DNA from: Bacillus subtilis subsp. subtilis str. 168
Lineage (GTDB): Bacteria; Bacillota; Bacilli; Bacillales; Bacillaceae
Direction: 5' to 3'
NCBI RefSeq assembly: GCF_000009045.1
Contig: NC_000964.3
Location: forward strand, 1,440,001 to 1,472,000
DNA: 32,000 bases
Below the pieces are notes generated by a model. That model made no database searches. It was not told the origin of the DNA and saw only the letters and a list, made by a program, of their open reading frames with translations. Of the stretch, positions 15,064 to 25,732 are shown piece after piece; the stretch's first letter is position 1; every line of letters starts with the position of its first letter. Position numbers and translations under genes: made by a program.

Positions 15064-16029
15064 ATGGCTAATATTAAAGACATTGCAGAGAAAGCCGGTG
15101 TCTCTGTTACAACGGTTTCCCGAGTCATAAACAATCATCCATACGTCAGTGAAGACAAACGAAAAAGAGTGTTTGAGGCAATGGAATCATTGGAGTACAC
15201 GAGAAATATTCACGCTGTACATTTGTCGAAAGGATTTTCAAACATGATTGGTGTTGTCTTGCCGACGGTTAATCTGCCATATTTTGCAGAGCTGATTGCA
15301 GGAATAGCCGACGCAGCCGCGGAATCCGGGGTTCACCTCTCTTTATTCCAAACAAACTATGAAGTACAAAAAGAAATCTTTGCGCTGTCCCAATTAAAGC
15401 AGCGCCAGGTTGACGGCCTGATTTTTTGCTCAAAGGCGCTTGCTGATGAGAAACTCATGGAATGGGAGGGCCCGATTTTGCTTTGCCAGAATTCAGATAA
15501 TGCCCGCTTCCCAACCATCAGCATTCCTCACCAAGAAGCATTTCGGAACGGCTTGGACTATTTAATTGCCAAAGGGCACAAAAAAATAGCCATCTGTTTG
15601 GCAAGAAAAAAAGGCATGAACAGCCATTTTCGAATCAAAGCCTACAAAGAGGCATTGGAAGAGATCGGCGAGGCATTTCGTGAAGACTGGGTAATTGAGA
15701 AAGCGATTACAATCAATGATGGGAAGGCGCTTTTTCATAAATGGAATACGTGGAAGGAAAAGCCGACGGCTATTTTTGTTGCCAATGACCAAGTCTCAGC
15801 AGGGCTTTTTCTTGAAGCAAAGAACCAGCGGGTGTCAGTACCGGATGAGCTTGCAATCTTAAGCGTTGATAACCACGAAATCAGCCAAGCGCTTGGAATC
15901 ACAACGATCGATATTCAGACAAGGGAAATGGGAAAGCAGGCATTTGCCATATTGGAAAAAAGAATTCAAGGACAGCCGATTGAAAGGAAAGTTCTGGATT
16001 ACCGTCTCATCGAAAGATCGACTGTTTAG
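15064..16029 (+). CDS. ykvZ: LacI/GalR-family transcriptional regulator
   Basis: Uses the track ORF 15019-16029. I prefer the ATG at 15064 (321 aa). It has the N-terminal HTH IKDIAEKAGVSVTTVSRVINN followed by a periplasmic-binding-protein-like sugar-binding fold. Confidence 0.9.
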   Translation: MANIKDIAEKAGVSVTTVSRVINNHPYVSEDKRKRVFEAMESLEYTRNIHAVHLSKGFSNMIGVVLPTVNLPYFAELIAGIADAAAESGVHLSLFQTNYEVQKEIFALSQLKQRQVDGLIFCSKALADEKLMEWEGPILLCQNSDNARFPTISIPHQEAFRNGLDYLIAKGHKKIAICLARKKGMNSHFRIKAYKEALEEIGEAFREDWVIEKAITINDGKALFHKWNTWKEKPTAIFVANDQVSAGLFLEAKNQRVSVPDELAILSVDNHEISQALGITTIDIQTREMGKQAFAILEKRIQGQPIERKVLDYRLIERSTV

Positions 16030-16049
16030 TGAATGCATTGAAAAAAGGT

Positions 16050-16079
16050 TTGACGTGCATTCTGTTCGTTATGTACGAT
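16050..16079 (+). promoter_or_regulatory. Candidate sigma-A promoter for glcT
   Basis: TTGACG (16050-16055), an 18-nt spacer, then TACGAT (16074-16079). A GAATGCA...TGCATTC hairpin overlaps the -35 element. Confidence 0.35.
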
Positions 16080-16112
16080 ATGAGGTATTGAATGACAAAG
16101 GAGCTGAGGATC

Positions 16113-16958
16113 GTGAATGGGTCCTTCACAGTGAAAAAGGTACTGAATAATAACGTATTAATTGCTTCTCATCATAAATACAGCGAAGTCGTTTTAATCG
16201 GAAAAGGTATTGGTTTCGGAAAAAAACAAGATGATGTCATTGAAGATAAAGGCTACGATAAAATGTTCATTTTAAAAGACGAGAAGGAACAAAAGCAGTT
16301 TAAAAAGCTCCTTGACTATGTTGATGAAAAGCTCGTTGATATTTCAAACGATGTCATCTATCACATAAGCAATAGGACGAATCACTCATTAAATGAACAT
16401 ATTCACATTGCGTTGACAGACCATATCGCATTTGCGATCAAAAGGCAGCAGCAGGGATTTGATATGAAAAATCCATTTCTAATGGAGACTCAGTCACTAT
16501 ATCCTGAGGAGTACCAAATTGCCAAAGAAGTCATAGATATGATCAATGAAAAAGCGGGACTCTGCCTTCCGGAAGGGGAGATTGGTTTTATCGCTCTGCA
16601 TATCCATTCAGCGTTGACAAACCGTCCGCTGTCCGAGGTCAATCAGCACTCTCAGCTCATGGCGCAGCTTGTCGAGGTGATTGAAGACTCATTTCAAATG
16701 AAAGTAAATAAGGAAAGTGTCAACTATTTGCGGCTGATCAGGCATATCAGATTTACAATAGAAAGAATTAAAAAAGAAGAACCGACTAAAGAACCAGAAA
16801 AATTAATGTTGTTATTGAAAAATGAATATCCGCTATGCTACAATACAGCTTGGAAATTGATTAAAATCTTGCAGCAAACATTGAAGAAACCAGTTCATGA
16901 GGCGGAAGCGGTTTATCTGACGCTTCATCTGTACCGATTAACCAATAAAATTTCATAA
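16113..16958 (+). CDS. glcT: BglG/SacY-family transcriptional antiterminator of ptsG (CAT-PRD1-PRD2)
   Basis: Uses the track ORF 16092-16958. GTG at 16113 (281 aa) lies 9 nt after AAAGGAG. It has the N-terminal RNA-binding CAT domain (KKVLNNNVLIA...VVLIGKGIGFGKK) and two PRD regions. It lies upstream of the ptsG RAT. Confidence 0.94.
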   Translation: MNGSFTVKKVLNNNVLIASHHKYSEVVLIGKGIGFGKKQDDVIEDKGYDKMFILKDEKEQKQFKKLLDYVDEKLVDISNDVIYHISNRTNHSLNEHIHIALTDHIAFAIKRQQQGFDMKNPFLMETQSLYPEEYQIAKEVIDMINEKAGLCLPEGEIGFIALHIHSALTNRPLSEVNQHSQLMAQLVEVIEDSFQMKVNKESVNYLRLIRHIRFTIERIKKEEPTKEPEKLMLLLKNEYPLCYNTAWKLIKILQQTLKKPVHEAEAVYLTLHLYRLTNKIS

Positions 16959-16976
16959 ATTCAGTTTATCCTTATA

Positions 16977-17005
16977 ACGTGTTACTGATTCGATCAGGCA
17001 TGAGT
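16977..17005 (+). promoter_or_regulatory. RAT (ribonucleic antiterminator) element bound by GlcT
   Basis: ACGTGTTACTGATTCGATCAGGCATGAGT resembles the sacB/bglP RAT consensus (..TTGTTACTG....GCAGGCA..). It overlaps the 5' arm of the leader terminator. Confidence 0.85.
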
Positions 17006-17075
17006 GATTGAGGGAAAAAAACGGGAAGTTCATTCTCGTTCTTTTGCGCACCCAATTTTGCTCATGCCTTTTTGT
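16996..17075 (+). terminator. Conditional terminator in the ptsG leader
   Basis: AGGCATGAG (16996-17004) pairs perfectly with CTCATGCCT (17061-17069). Further inner pairs exist. It is followed by TTTTTG. It is mutually exclusive with the RAT structure. Confidence 0.85.
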
Positions 17076-17186
17076 TGTGTAAAAGGGCAAATGTAAACGG
17101 TTAAACTGGAAGACTTACGCCTGTGAATTCGTTGTCATGATTTTTAGCTGTAAGGTCAGACTAGTAAAAAGAGGAGGTCAATTCTT

Positions 17187-19286
17187 ATGTTTAAAGCATT
17201 ATTCGGCGTTCTTCAAAAAATTGGGCGTGCGCTTATGCTTCCAGTTGCGATCCTTCCGGCTGCGGGTATTTTGCTTGCGATCGGGAATGCGATGCAAAAT
17301 AAGGACATGATTCAGGTCCTGCATTTCTTGAGCAATGACAATGTTCAGCTTGTAGCAGGTGTGATGGAAAGTGCTGGGCAGATTGTTTTCGATAACCTTC
17401 CGCTTCTTTTCGCAGTAGGTGTAGCCATCGGGCTTGCCAATGGTGATGGAGTTGCAGGGATTGCAGCAATTATCGGTTATCTTGTAATGAATGTATCCAT
17501 GAGTGCGGTTCTTCTTGCAAACGGAACCATTCCTTCGGATTCAGTTGAAAGAGCCAAGTTCTTTACGGAAAACCATCCTGCATATGTAAACATGCTTGGT
17601 ATACCTACCTTGGCGACAGGGGTGTTCGGCGGTATTATCGTCGGTGTGTTAGCTGCATTATTGTTTAACAGATTTTACACAATTGAACTGCCGCAATACC
17701 TTGGTTTCTTTGCGGGTAAACGTTTCGTTCCAATTGTTACGTCAATTTCTGCACTGATTCTGGGTCTTATTATGTTAGTGATCTGGCCTCCAATCCAGCA
17801 TGGATTGAATGCCTTTTCAACAGGATTAGTGGAAGCGAATCCAACCCTTGCTGCATTTATCTTCGGGGTGATTGAACGTTCGCTTATCCCATTCGGATTG
17901 CACCATATTTTCTATTCACCGTTCTGGTATGAATTCTTCAGCTATAAGAGTGCAGCAGGAGAAATCATCCGCGGGGATCAGCGTATCTTTATGGCGCAGA
18001 TTAAAGACGGCGTACAGTTAACGGCAGGTACGTTCATGACAGGTAAATATCCATTTATGATGTTCGGTCTGCCTGCTGCGGCGCTTGCCATTTATCATGA
18101 AGCAAAACCGCAAAACAAAAAACTCGTTGCAGGTATTATGGGTTCAGCGGCCTTGACATCTTTCTTAACGGGGATCACAGAGCCATTGGAATTTTCTTTC
18201 TTATTCGTTGCTCCAGTCCTGTTTGCGATTCACTGTTTGTTTGCGGGACTTTCATTCATGGTCATGCAGCTGTTGAATGTTAAGATTGGTATGACATTCT
18301 CCGGCGGTTTAATTGACTACTTCCTATTCGGTATTTTACCAAACCGGACGGCATGGTGGCTTGTCATCCCTGTCGGCTTAGGGTTAGCGGTCATTTACTA
18401 CTTTGGATTCCGATTTGCCATCCGCAAATTTAATCTGAAAACACCTGGACGCGAGGATGCTGCGGAAGAAACAGCAGCACCTGGGAAAACAGGTGAAGCA
18501 GGAGATCTTCCTTATGAGATTCTGCAGGCAATGGGTGACCAGGAAAACATCAAACACCTTGATGCTTGTATCACTCGTCTGCGTGTGACTGTAAACGATC
18601 AGAAAAAGGTTGATAAAGACCGTCTGAAACAGCTTGGCGCTTCCGGAGTGCTGGAAGTCGGCAACAACATTCAGGCTATTTTCGGACCGCGTTCTGACGG
18701 GTTAAAAACACAAATGCAAGACATTATTGCGGGACGCAAGCCTAGACCTGAGCCGAAAACATCTGCTCAAGAGGAAGTAGGCCAGCAGGTTGAGGAAGTG
18801 ATTGCAGAACCGCTGCAAAATGAAATCGGCGAGGAAGTTTTCGTTTCTCCGATTACCGGGGAAATTCACCCAATTACGGATGTTCCTGACCAAGTCTTCT
18901 CAGGGAAAATGATGGGTGACGGTTTTGCGATTCTCCCTTCTGAAGGAATTGTCGTATCACCGGTTCGCGGAAAAATTCTCAATGTGTTCCCGACAAAACA
19001 TGCGATCGGCCTGCAATCCGACGGCGGAAGAGAAATTTTAATCCACTTTGGTATTGATACCGTCAGCCTGAAGGGCGAAGGATTTACGTCTTTCGTATCA
19101 GAAGGAGACCGCGTTGAGCCTGGACAAAAACTTCTTGAAGTTGATCTGGATGCAGTCAAACCGAATGTACCATCTCTCATGACACCGATTGTATTTACAA
19201 ACCTTGCTGAAGGAGAAACAGTCAGCATTAAAGCAAGCGGTTCAGTCAACAGAGAACAAGAAGATATTGTGAAGATTGAAAAATAA
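17187..19286 (+). CDS. ptsG: Glucose-specific PTS enzyme IICBA
   Basis: 699-aa ORF with RBS AGAGGAGG. It has a polytopic EIIC, the EIIB motif LDACITRLR (phospho-Cys), and an EIIA with [13 protein letters not shown] (phospho-His). Confidence 0.97.
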
Positions 19287-19299
19287 GGGTGTTAGTACG

Positions 19300-19339
19300 C
19301 CGTGCTTGTCAGATGACAAGTACGGTTGTATGATATAAT
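19300..19339 (+). promoter_or_regulatory. Hairpin plus extended -10 promoter for ptsH-ptsI
   Basis: 11-bp stem CCGTGCTTGTC/GACAAGTACGG (19300-19325, loop AGAT) with only a weak U-run. It is followed by TGATATAAT (19331-19339). There is no clear -35 element. Confidence 0.5.
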
Positions 19340-19383
19340 ATTGTGAAGTAATAAAGCTTTAAGTTAAAAGGAGAATGATAAAA

Positions 19384-19650
19384 ATGGCACAAAAAACATT
19401 TAAAGTAACTGCAGATTCTGGAATCCATGCTCGTCCTGCGACAGTTCTTGTACAAACTGCTAGCAAATACGACGCTGACGTTAATTTAGAATATAACGGC
19501 AAAACAGTTAACCTTAAATCTATTATGGGTGTTATGTCTTTAGGTATCGCTAAAGGCGCTGAGATCACAATCTCTGCTTCCGGAGCTGACGAAAACGATG
19601 CTCTTAACGCTTTAGAAGAAACAATGAAAAGCGAAGGACTCGGCGAGTAA
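19384..19650 (+). CDS. ptsH: Phosphocarrier protein HPr
   Basis: Uses the track frame 19375-19650. ATG at 19384 gives 88 aa after AAAGGAG. It has the His15 context SGIHARPA and the Ser46 context NLKSIMGV. Confidence 0.97.
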   Translation: MAQKTFKVTADSGIHARPATVLVQTASKYDADVNLEYNGKTVNLKSIMGVMSLGIAKGAEITISASGADENDALNALEETMKSEGLGE

Positions 19651-21362
19651 TGCAAGAATTAAAAGGGATTGGTGCTTCAGCCGGCATCGCGATTGCAAAA
19701 GCGTACCGGCTTGAAGAGCCAGATTTAACGGTTGAAAAGAAAAACATCTCTGATTCTGAAGCGGAAGTAAGCCGTTTTGATGAAGCGATTGCACGTTCAA
19801 AAGAAGAGCTCGAAAAAATCAAAGAGCACGCTTTGAAAGAACTGGGTCAGGATAAAGCTGATATTTTTTCTGCTCACCTTTTAGTTCTCAGTGACCCTGA
19901 GCTTCTGAACCCTGTGAAAGAAAAAATCAGCACTGATTCAGTGAACGCTGAATTCGCTTTAAAAGAAACGTCTTCTATGTTCGTTACTATGTTTGAATCT
20001 ATGGACAACGAATATATGAAAGAGCGTGCGGCAGATATCCGCGATGTAACAAAACGCGTAACCGGCCACCTGCTTGGCGTCGAAATTCCAAACCCAAGCA
20101 TGATCTCAGAAGAGGTTATTATTGTAGCTGAAGACTTAACACCGTCTGACACAGCTCAATTAAACCGTGAGTTCGTAAAAGGATTCACTACTGATATCGG
20201 CGGACGCACATCTCACTCTGCCATCATGGCACGTTCTCTTGAGATTCCAGCAGTTGTTGGAACGAAAGCTGCTACAGGCACGATCCAAAACGGCGTGACT
20301 GTTATCGTTGACGGTATCAATGGCGATGTCATTATTGACCCATCTGCGGAAACTGTAAAAGAGTATGAAGAAAAACATAATGCTTATTTGGCTCAAAAAG
20401 CTGAGTGGGCGAAGCTTGTCAATGAACCGACTGTCTCAAAAGACGGACATCATGTAGAGCTTGCAGCGAACATCGGTACTCCTGATGATGTAAAAGGTGT
20501 TCTTGAAAACGGCGGAGAAGCAGTTGGCCTTTACCGTACAGAATTCCTTTACATGGGAAGAGATCAGCTGCCTACAGAAGATGAGCAGTTTGATGCTTAC
20601 AAAACGGTTCTTGAGCGTATGGAAGGAAAATCAGTCGTCGTGCGGACACTTGATATCGGCGGAGACAAAGAGCTTCCTTACCTGCAGCTTCCTAAAGAAA
20701 TGAACCCGTTCCTGGGATATAGAGCGATTCGTCTTTGCCTTGAAGAGCAAGAAATCTTCAGAACACAGCTTCGCGCGCTGCTTCGTGCAAGTACATACGG
20801 AAACTTGAAAATCATGTTCCCTATGATTGCGACAGTTAACGAATTCAAAGAAGCAAAAGCGATCCTTCTTGAAGAGAAAGAAAAGCTCGTAAAAGCGGGA
20901 CAGGCTGTATCTGACGATATTGAAGTCGGAATGATGGTTGAGATTCCGTCAACTGCAGTCATCGCTGATCAGTTTGCTAAAGAGGTTGATTTCTTCAGTA
21001 TCGGAACAAACGATTTGATTCAATACACAATGGCAGCTGACCGTATGAATGAACGTGTATCTTACCTGTATCAGCCATACAACCCGGCAATCCTTCGCTT
21101 AATTACACTGGTAATTGAAGCAGCACACAAAGAAGGAAAATGGGTTGGCATGTGCGGAGAAATGGCAGGAGACGAGATTGCGATTCCGATCCTTCTCGGC
21201 TTAGGCTTAGATGAGTTCTCAATGAGCGCAACGTCTATCCTTCCGGCAAGAACACAAATCAGCAAATTGTCTAAACAAGAAGCTGAGTCATTCAAAGAGA
21301 AAATCTTATCTATGAGCACGACAGAAGAAGTTGTCGCGTTCGTAAAAGAAACATTCAAGTAA
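19650..21362 (+). CDS. ptsI: PTS enzyme I (phosphoenolpyruvate-protein phosphotransferase)
   Basis: 570-aa ORF. Its ATG overlaps the ptsH stop (TAATG). It has the active-site His block [13 protein letters not shown] and a C-terminal PEP-utilizer domain. Confidence 0.97.
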   Translation: MQELKGIGASAGIAIAKAYRLEEPDLTVEKKNISDSEAEVSRFDEAIARSKEELEKIKEHALKELGQDKADIFSAHLLVLSDPELLNPVKEKISTDSVNAEFALKETSSMFVTMFESMDNEYMKERAADIRDVTKRVTGHLLGVEIPNPSMISEEVIIVAEDLTPSDTAQLNREFVKGFTTDIGGRTSHSAIMARSLEIPAVVGTKAATGTIQNGVTVIVDGINGDVIIDPSAETVKEYEEKHNAYLAQKAEWAKLVNEPTVSKDGHHVELAANIGTPDDVKGVLENGGEAVGLYRTEFLYMGRDQLPTEDEQFDAYKTVLERMEGKSVVVRTLDIGGDKELPYLQLPKEMNPFLGYRAIRLCLEEQEIFRTQLRALLRASTYGNLKIMFPMIATVNEFKEAKAILLEEKEKLVKAGQAVSDDIEVGMMVEIPSTAVIADQFAKEVDFFSIGTNDLIQYTMAADRMNERVSYLYQPYNPAILRLITLVIEAAHKEGKWVGMCGEMAGDEIAIPILLGLGLDEFSMSATSILPARTQISKLSKQEAESFKEKILSMSTTEEVVAFVKETFK

Positions 21363-21367
21363 TGTAC

Positions 21368-21403
21368 AAAAACCAGACGGCCTCCGGCCTGTCTGGTTTT
21401 TTT
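21368..21403 (+). terminator. Intrinsic terminator of the pts operon
   Basis: GC-rich stem CCAGACGGCC/GGCCTGTCTGG (one bulge) followed by TTTTTTT. Confidence 0.85.
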
Positions 21404-21432
21404 CATAAGTAAGGGTATAGAAGGACACAATA
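21402..21432 (+). promoter_or_regulatory. Candidate forespore (sigma-G-type) promoter for splAB
   Basis: TTCATA (21402-21407), an 18-nt spacer, then CACAATA (21426-21432). This loosely fits the -35 GHATR / -10 CATNNTA consensus. splAB is known to be sigma-G dependent. Confidence 0.3.
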
Positions 21433-21452
21433 ACATGGCTAGGAGGGATAGT

Positions 21453-21692
21453 ATGTCAAACCAATTTAACGCAGGAGATACTGTTTATGTGATCTACAGA
21501 AATCCGCACGCCGCCAATGTAGCCCACATAAAGGAAGCCGAAATTGTGCACCATCCATACCATGAAGGCGAGCTTTCCCTGTTTATTTATGAAACCTATC
21601 ATCCATTCGCAGAGGACGATGCTGTGTTTGCAAGCTATGAAGAAGCTAAATCGCTTTACAAAGAACTGTTTGATATTGATCCGTATGAGTAA
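21453..21692 (+). CDS. splA: Spore photoproduct lyase operon regulator SplA
   Basis: Uses the track frame 21435-21692. ATG at 21453 (79 aa) follows AGGAGGG. It lies directly upstream of splB. Confidence 0.88.
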   Translation: MSNQFNAGDTVYVIYRNPHAANVAHIKEAEIVHHPYHEGELSLFIYETYHPFAEDDAVFASYEEAKSLYKELFDIDPYE

Positions 21693-21769
21693 CAAGGAAA
21701 TCATTACAACTCATATCCTTTCCGCCTAGTGAGAAAAGTAACGTTAGTAAAGGAAAAGGATGTGGCATC

Positions 21770-22798
21770 ATGCAGAACCCATTTGTTCCGCAGCTTGTGT
21801 ATATAGAACCGAGGGCGCTGGAATATCCGCTGGGCCAAGAATTACAAGATAAATTTGAGAATATGGGTATTGAAATCAGAGAAACGACATCCCACAATCA
21901 GGTGCGTAATATCCCTGGGAAAAATCATCTTCAGCAATATCGCAATGCGAAATCAACTTTAGTTATCGGTGTCCGGAAAACATTAAAGTTTGATTCATCC
22001 AAACCCTCGGCCGAATATGCCATTCCGTTTGCAACAGGCTGCATGGGGCATTGTCATTACTGCTACCTGCAAACAACCATGGGATCAAAGCCGTATATCA
22101 GAACTTATGTAAACGTCGAAGAGATTTTAGATCAGGCAGATAAGTATATGAAGGAGCGCGCACCAGAGTTCACAAGGTTCGAAGCATCATGTACGTCAGA
22201 CATTGTAGGAATTGATCATCTGACACACACGCTGAAGCGCGCCATTGAACATTTTGGCCAAAGTGATCTCGGAAAGCTCCGATTTGTAACGAAATTTCAT
22301 CATGTCGATCACCTATTAGACGCAAAGCATAACGGGAAAACGAGATTCAGATTCAGTATTAATGCCGACTATGTGATTAAAAACTTTGAGCCGGGAACTT
22401 CACCTCTTGATAAGCGGATAGAAGCGGCAGTAAAAGTTGCAAAAGCAGGCTACCCGCTAGGCTTTATTGTTGCTCCGATTTATATTCATGAAGGCTGGGA
22501 AGAAGGATACAGACATCTGTTTGAAAAGCTAGATGCTGCTTTGCCGCAGGACGTTAGACATGACATTACGTTTGAATTAATTCAACACCGTTTTACAAAA
22601 CCGGCCAAACGAGTGATAGAGAAAAATTATCCGAAGACGAAGCTCGAATTAGATGAAGAAAAGCGCCGTTATAAATGGGGCCGTTACGGGATCGGAAAAT
22701 ATATTTATCAGAAAGATGAAGAGCATGCACTTCGAGAGGCACTTGAATCCTATATTGATACCTTTTTCCCTAACGCAAAAATTGAATATTTCACTTAA
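21770..22798 (+). CDS. splB: Spore photoproduct lyase (radical SAM)
   Basis: 342-aa ORF with the radical-SAM motif CMGHCHYCYLQ (CxxxCxxC). It matches my recollection of SplB. Confidence 0.95.
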   Translation: MQNPFVPQLVYIEPRALEYPLGQELQDKFENMGIEIRETTSHNQVRNIPGKNHLQQYRNAKSTLVIGVRKTLKFDSSKPSAEYAIPFATGCMGHCHYCYLQTTMGSKPYIRTYVNVEEILDQADKYMKERAPEFTRFEASCTSDIVGIDHLTHTLKRAIEHFGQSDLGKLRFVTKFHHVDHLLDAKHNGKTRFRFSINADYVIKNFEPGTSPLDKRIEAAVKVAKAGYPLGFIVAPIYIHEGWEEGYRHLFEKLDAALPQDVRHDITFELIQHRFTKPAKRVIEKNYPKTKLELDEEKRRYKWGRYGIGKYIYQKDEEHALREALESYIDTFFPNAKIEYFT

Positions 22799-22830
22799 AC
22801 GGGCTGTTGTGATCAACAGCTCGCTTTTTT
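22799..22830 (+). terminator. Intrinsic terminator of splB, overlapping the 3' end of the convergent gene ykwB
   Basis: 10-bp stem CGGGCTGTTG/CAACAGCTCG (one G-U pair), loop TGAT, then TTTTTT. The ykwB stop codon (22813-22815) lies inside the hairpin. Confidence 0.8.
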
Positions 22831-23493
22831 ATAAAAAACATTTTTCCATTCCATCAAAACGCCGTAATTCAATGATTCTTTATCCTCCAAATAATTGCTG
22901 ACTACACGAATAGGTGAACGCCCGCAACGGAGGAGAAAGGACAGCACAGGGTCGTTTTTCCTGCCTTCCATCACATCTTCAACGTACTGAACAGCGCTGA
23001 TCTCGTGTGCGTATTTATAATACAAAGGAATGCGGCCGCCGCCGAGAAGGCGTTCCAGTCTTTTATCAACAGTCAGCTCATACATCGTATTCATCAGCCA
23101 TTTTCCGATTCCAAGCTTTCGATAATGAGGAGAAACAGAAATATCCACTACATATAAAGTATTTCCATGAGGTTCATGATTTTTAATCGATCCGTTGTCA
23201 GTTGCTTGTGCCCATGTATGATCAGGAGAATCAGGCTCAAATTGTACAATAAGAGCAGTCATGGAACCGATAATTCTGCCATTGATGAGCGCGCATAAAG
23301 CGCCTTCCGGAAAGGTTTTGATATGGCTGGCAAGCTGGTCCTCTGACCACAGCAATTCCTGGGGAAACGGAGGAGGGAAACATTCTTCTTGAAGAGAAAT
23401 CAGCCTCTCGATGTCAGTCTCAGTGTAGTTTCTAATGGTCAGAGCCTCAAATTTTCTGCCGTCATGCACATACATTTGTTTTAGTATGATCAT
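22813..23493 (-). CDS. ykwB: GNAT-family N-acetyltransferase
   Basis: Uses the track ORF 22813-23496. ATG at 23493 is the more likely start (AAGGAGA just upstream). It has the acetyl-CoA-binding motif RKLGIGKWL (R/QxxGxG). Confidence 0.88.
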   Translation of the reverse strand: MIILKQMYVHDGRKFEALTIRNYTETDIERLISLQEECFPPPFPQELLWSEDQLASHIKTFPEGALCALINGRIIGSMTALIVQFEPDSPDHTWAQATDNGSIKNHEPHGNTLYVVDISVSPHYRKLGIGKWLMNTMYELTVDKRLERLLGGGRIPLYYKYAHEISAVQYVEDVMEGRKNDPVLSFLLRCGRSPIRVVSNYLEDKESLNYGVLMEWKNVFYKKASC

Positions 23494-23598
23494 CACTCTC
23501 CTTATGTTGTTTCATTATAACGAAGATTGAATTTTCAGTAAATATATTCCGATTTTCTTATAATTTATTTTTTGATTATTCATTTTTCAAACGAAAGG

Positions 23599-23606
23599 GC
23601 CGATAT
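23599..23606 (+). promoter_or_regulatory. Perfect sigma-D -10 element GCCGATAT upstream of mcpC
   Basis: Exact 8/8 match to the sigma-D -10 consensus, 22 nt before the mcpC start. No TAAA -35 element at the canonical 15-16 nt spacing. Confidence 0.5.
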
Positions 23607-23627
23607 AGAAATTAGGAGGGGATTGGT

Positions 23628-25595
23628 TTGTTTAAAAAACTTCACATGAAGATTGCTGTTTTTGTTTCGATTATGTTAATCATCACAGTTGTTCTCTTAA
23701 TGCTGTCTTCTTATTTGACGCTAAAACCGATGATTACAGAGGATGGGAAAAATACAACTCAAAACGTGACGCAGTCACTTGAACAAAATATTGAATTGCA
23801 ATTAAAGAGTTATGCCATTTCGTTATCAAGATTGGCTAATGGGGAATTAACGCATACATTTGTAACGAAACCAAGTAAAGAAGCTTCTCGGCTGTTTCAC
23901 GATGACATTAAGCAAATCAAAGACAACGATGATTATGTTGCGATGGCTTACATAGGCACCGCAAAAAAAGAAATGTTTACATATCCAAAAGCGGATTTCG
24001 CTGAGGATTACGATCCAACATCAAGACCATGGTATAAGCTTGCAGCTGAAACCCCGGATCAAGTTGTTTGGACGGAACCTTATAAAGATGTCGTGACAGG
24101 AGACATGATTGTTACTGCATCGAAAGCGATCTTAGACAGGCAAAAAGTGATAGGGGTTGCCAGCTATGACTTGAAACTCTCTGCTATCCAGAGTATGGTC
24201 AATAAACAAAAGGTGCCTTACAAAGGATTTGCCTTTTTAGCTGATGCGAGCGGCAATCTTTTAGCCCATCCGTCAAATCAAGGAAAAAATATATCAAAGG
24301 ATCAAACACTGCAAACCATCGCATCCGAGAAAAAAGGGATACAAGATGTGAATGGGAAAATGGTTGTGTACCAAACGATTGGCGAGACAGGCTGGAAGGT
24401 CGGAACGCAATTTGATACCGATCAATTAATGTGGATTTCAGATAAAATGAATCGGGCCAATCTTTGGATATCATTGATTGCGCTTATCATAACAATTATT
24501 CTCAGCTACTTCCTGGCCAAAACGATAACCGGTCCGATACAGCAGCTGATCGTAAAAACGAAAGCTGTTTCCGCAGGCGATTTAACAGTGCGCGCGGAAT
24601 CAAAATCTAAGGATGAAGTCGGTATTTTAACAAGAGATTTCAATCTGATGGTTGAAAATATGAAGGAAATGGTTGAGCAAGTGAGACTCTCTTCAGGGAA
24701 AGTATCTGACACCTCTGAACAACTAACGGCTGTGGCTGCCGAAACTAATGAAACAAGCGGACAAATTGCAAAAGCGATTGAAGAAGTAGCCGCAGGGGCA
24801 TCGGAACAGGCTTCTGAAGTTGAAACCATTAATGAAAAATCGGAAAGCCTGTCAACGAAAATCAGGCAAATCGCTGAGGAGGCAGGCGGAATTAAAGAAC
24901 GCTCAAAATCGTCCGAGGATGCAAGCTATAAAGGACTTGACGCGCTCGGCCAGCTGCTGATGAAATCAAACGAAGCCAATATGGAAACGAAAAAGGTTGA
25001 AACGATGCTGCTGGATTTGGAAAATCAAACTAAGAATATTGAAGAAGTCGTTACAGCGATTTCAAACATATCTGATCAAACCAACTTGCTTGCCTTAAAT
25101 GCCAGTATTGAGGCAGCCAGAGCCGGAGAAAGCGGGCGCGGTTTTGCCGTCGTAGCCGATGAAGTGCGGAAGTTAGCTGAGCAATCAGCCCTTTCTACAA
25201 AGCATATCAGCGAGACTGTGAAGCTTATCCAGCTTGAGACAAAAGAGGCCTCTCACGCGATGGTTGAGGCAAGCAGAATGAATGATGAACAAAACAGTGC
25301 AATTCACGAAACTGGAGAGGTATTAAATACGATAACTGCAGAAATGCAGTCACTGGTACAAGGTATTGATCACATTTACGCGGAAATTCAAAGAATGAGT
25401 GAAGAACAGCTTGCGATTTCTGAAGCCATTCAAAGCATTTCAGCCATATCACAGGAATCAGCTGCCGCAGCAGAGGAAGTGAACGCATCAACCGATGAAC
25501 AGCTTGTCACCCTTGATAAAGTCAAACACTCAACGGAAACACTAAAACATGCAAGCCAAGAGCTTATGAACACAATTGCAAAATTCACATTGTAA
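23628..25595 (+). CDS. mcpC: Methyl-accepting chemotaxis protein (Cache-type sensor, HAMP, MA domain)
   Basis: 655-aa ORF with a TTG start after AGGAGGGG. It has two TM segments flanking an extracellular domain, and the highly conserved signalling tip [35 protein letters not shown]. Confidence 0.95.
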   Translation: MFKKLHMKIAVFVSIMLIITVVLLMLSSYLTLKPMITEDGKNTTQNVTQSLEQNIELQLKSYAISLSRLANGELTHTFVTKPSKEASRLFHDDIKQIKDNDDYVAMAYIGTAKKEMFTYPKADFAEDYDPTSRPWYKLAAETPDQVVWTEPYKDVVTGDMIVTASKAILDRQKVIGVASYDLKLSAIQSMVNKQKVPYKGFAFLADASGNLLAHPSNQGKNISKDQTLQTIASEKKGIQDVNGKMVVYQTIGETGWKVGTQFDTDQLMWISDKMNRANLWISLIALIITIILSYFLAKTITGPIQQLIVKTKAVSAGDLTVRAESKSKDEVGILTRDFNLMVENMKEMVEQVRLSSGKVSDTSEQLTAVAAETNETSGQIAKAIEEVAAGASEQASEVETINEKSESLSTKIRQIAEEAGGIKERSKSSEDASYKGLDALGQLLMKSNEANMETKKVETMLLDLENQTKNIEEVVTAISNISDQTNLLALNASIEAARAGESGRGFAVVADEVRKLAEQSALSTKHISETVKLIQLETKEASHAMVEASRMNDEQNSAIHETGEVLNTITAEMQSLVQGIDHIYAEIQRMSEEQLAISEAIQSISAISQESAAAAEEVNASTDEQLVTLDKVKHSTETLKHASQELMNTIAKFTL

Positions 25596-25604
25596 TCCAA
25601 TTAC

Positions 25605-25638
25605 ATCCCCAAACATCATTTGTTTTGGGGATTTTTTA
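25605..25638 (+). terminator. Intrinsic terminator of mcpC
   Basis: Stem CCCCAAACA/TGTTTTGGGG (one bulge) followed by ATTTTTT. Confidence 0.8.
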
Positions 25639-25732
25639 TTTTATAAGATGAATAGATATGGTAGTCTAGAAAATGAAGGAAAAATGATAAATTTTAACTA
25701 AAATCTAAACGAAACATCTGGGAGGAATGACC

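Noticed and set aside
15866-16150. 94-aa ORF bridging the ykvZ 3' end and the glcT 5' end
   Set aside because: It is an alternate frame overlapping two well-supported genes. It has no RBS and no motif.
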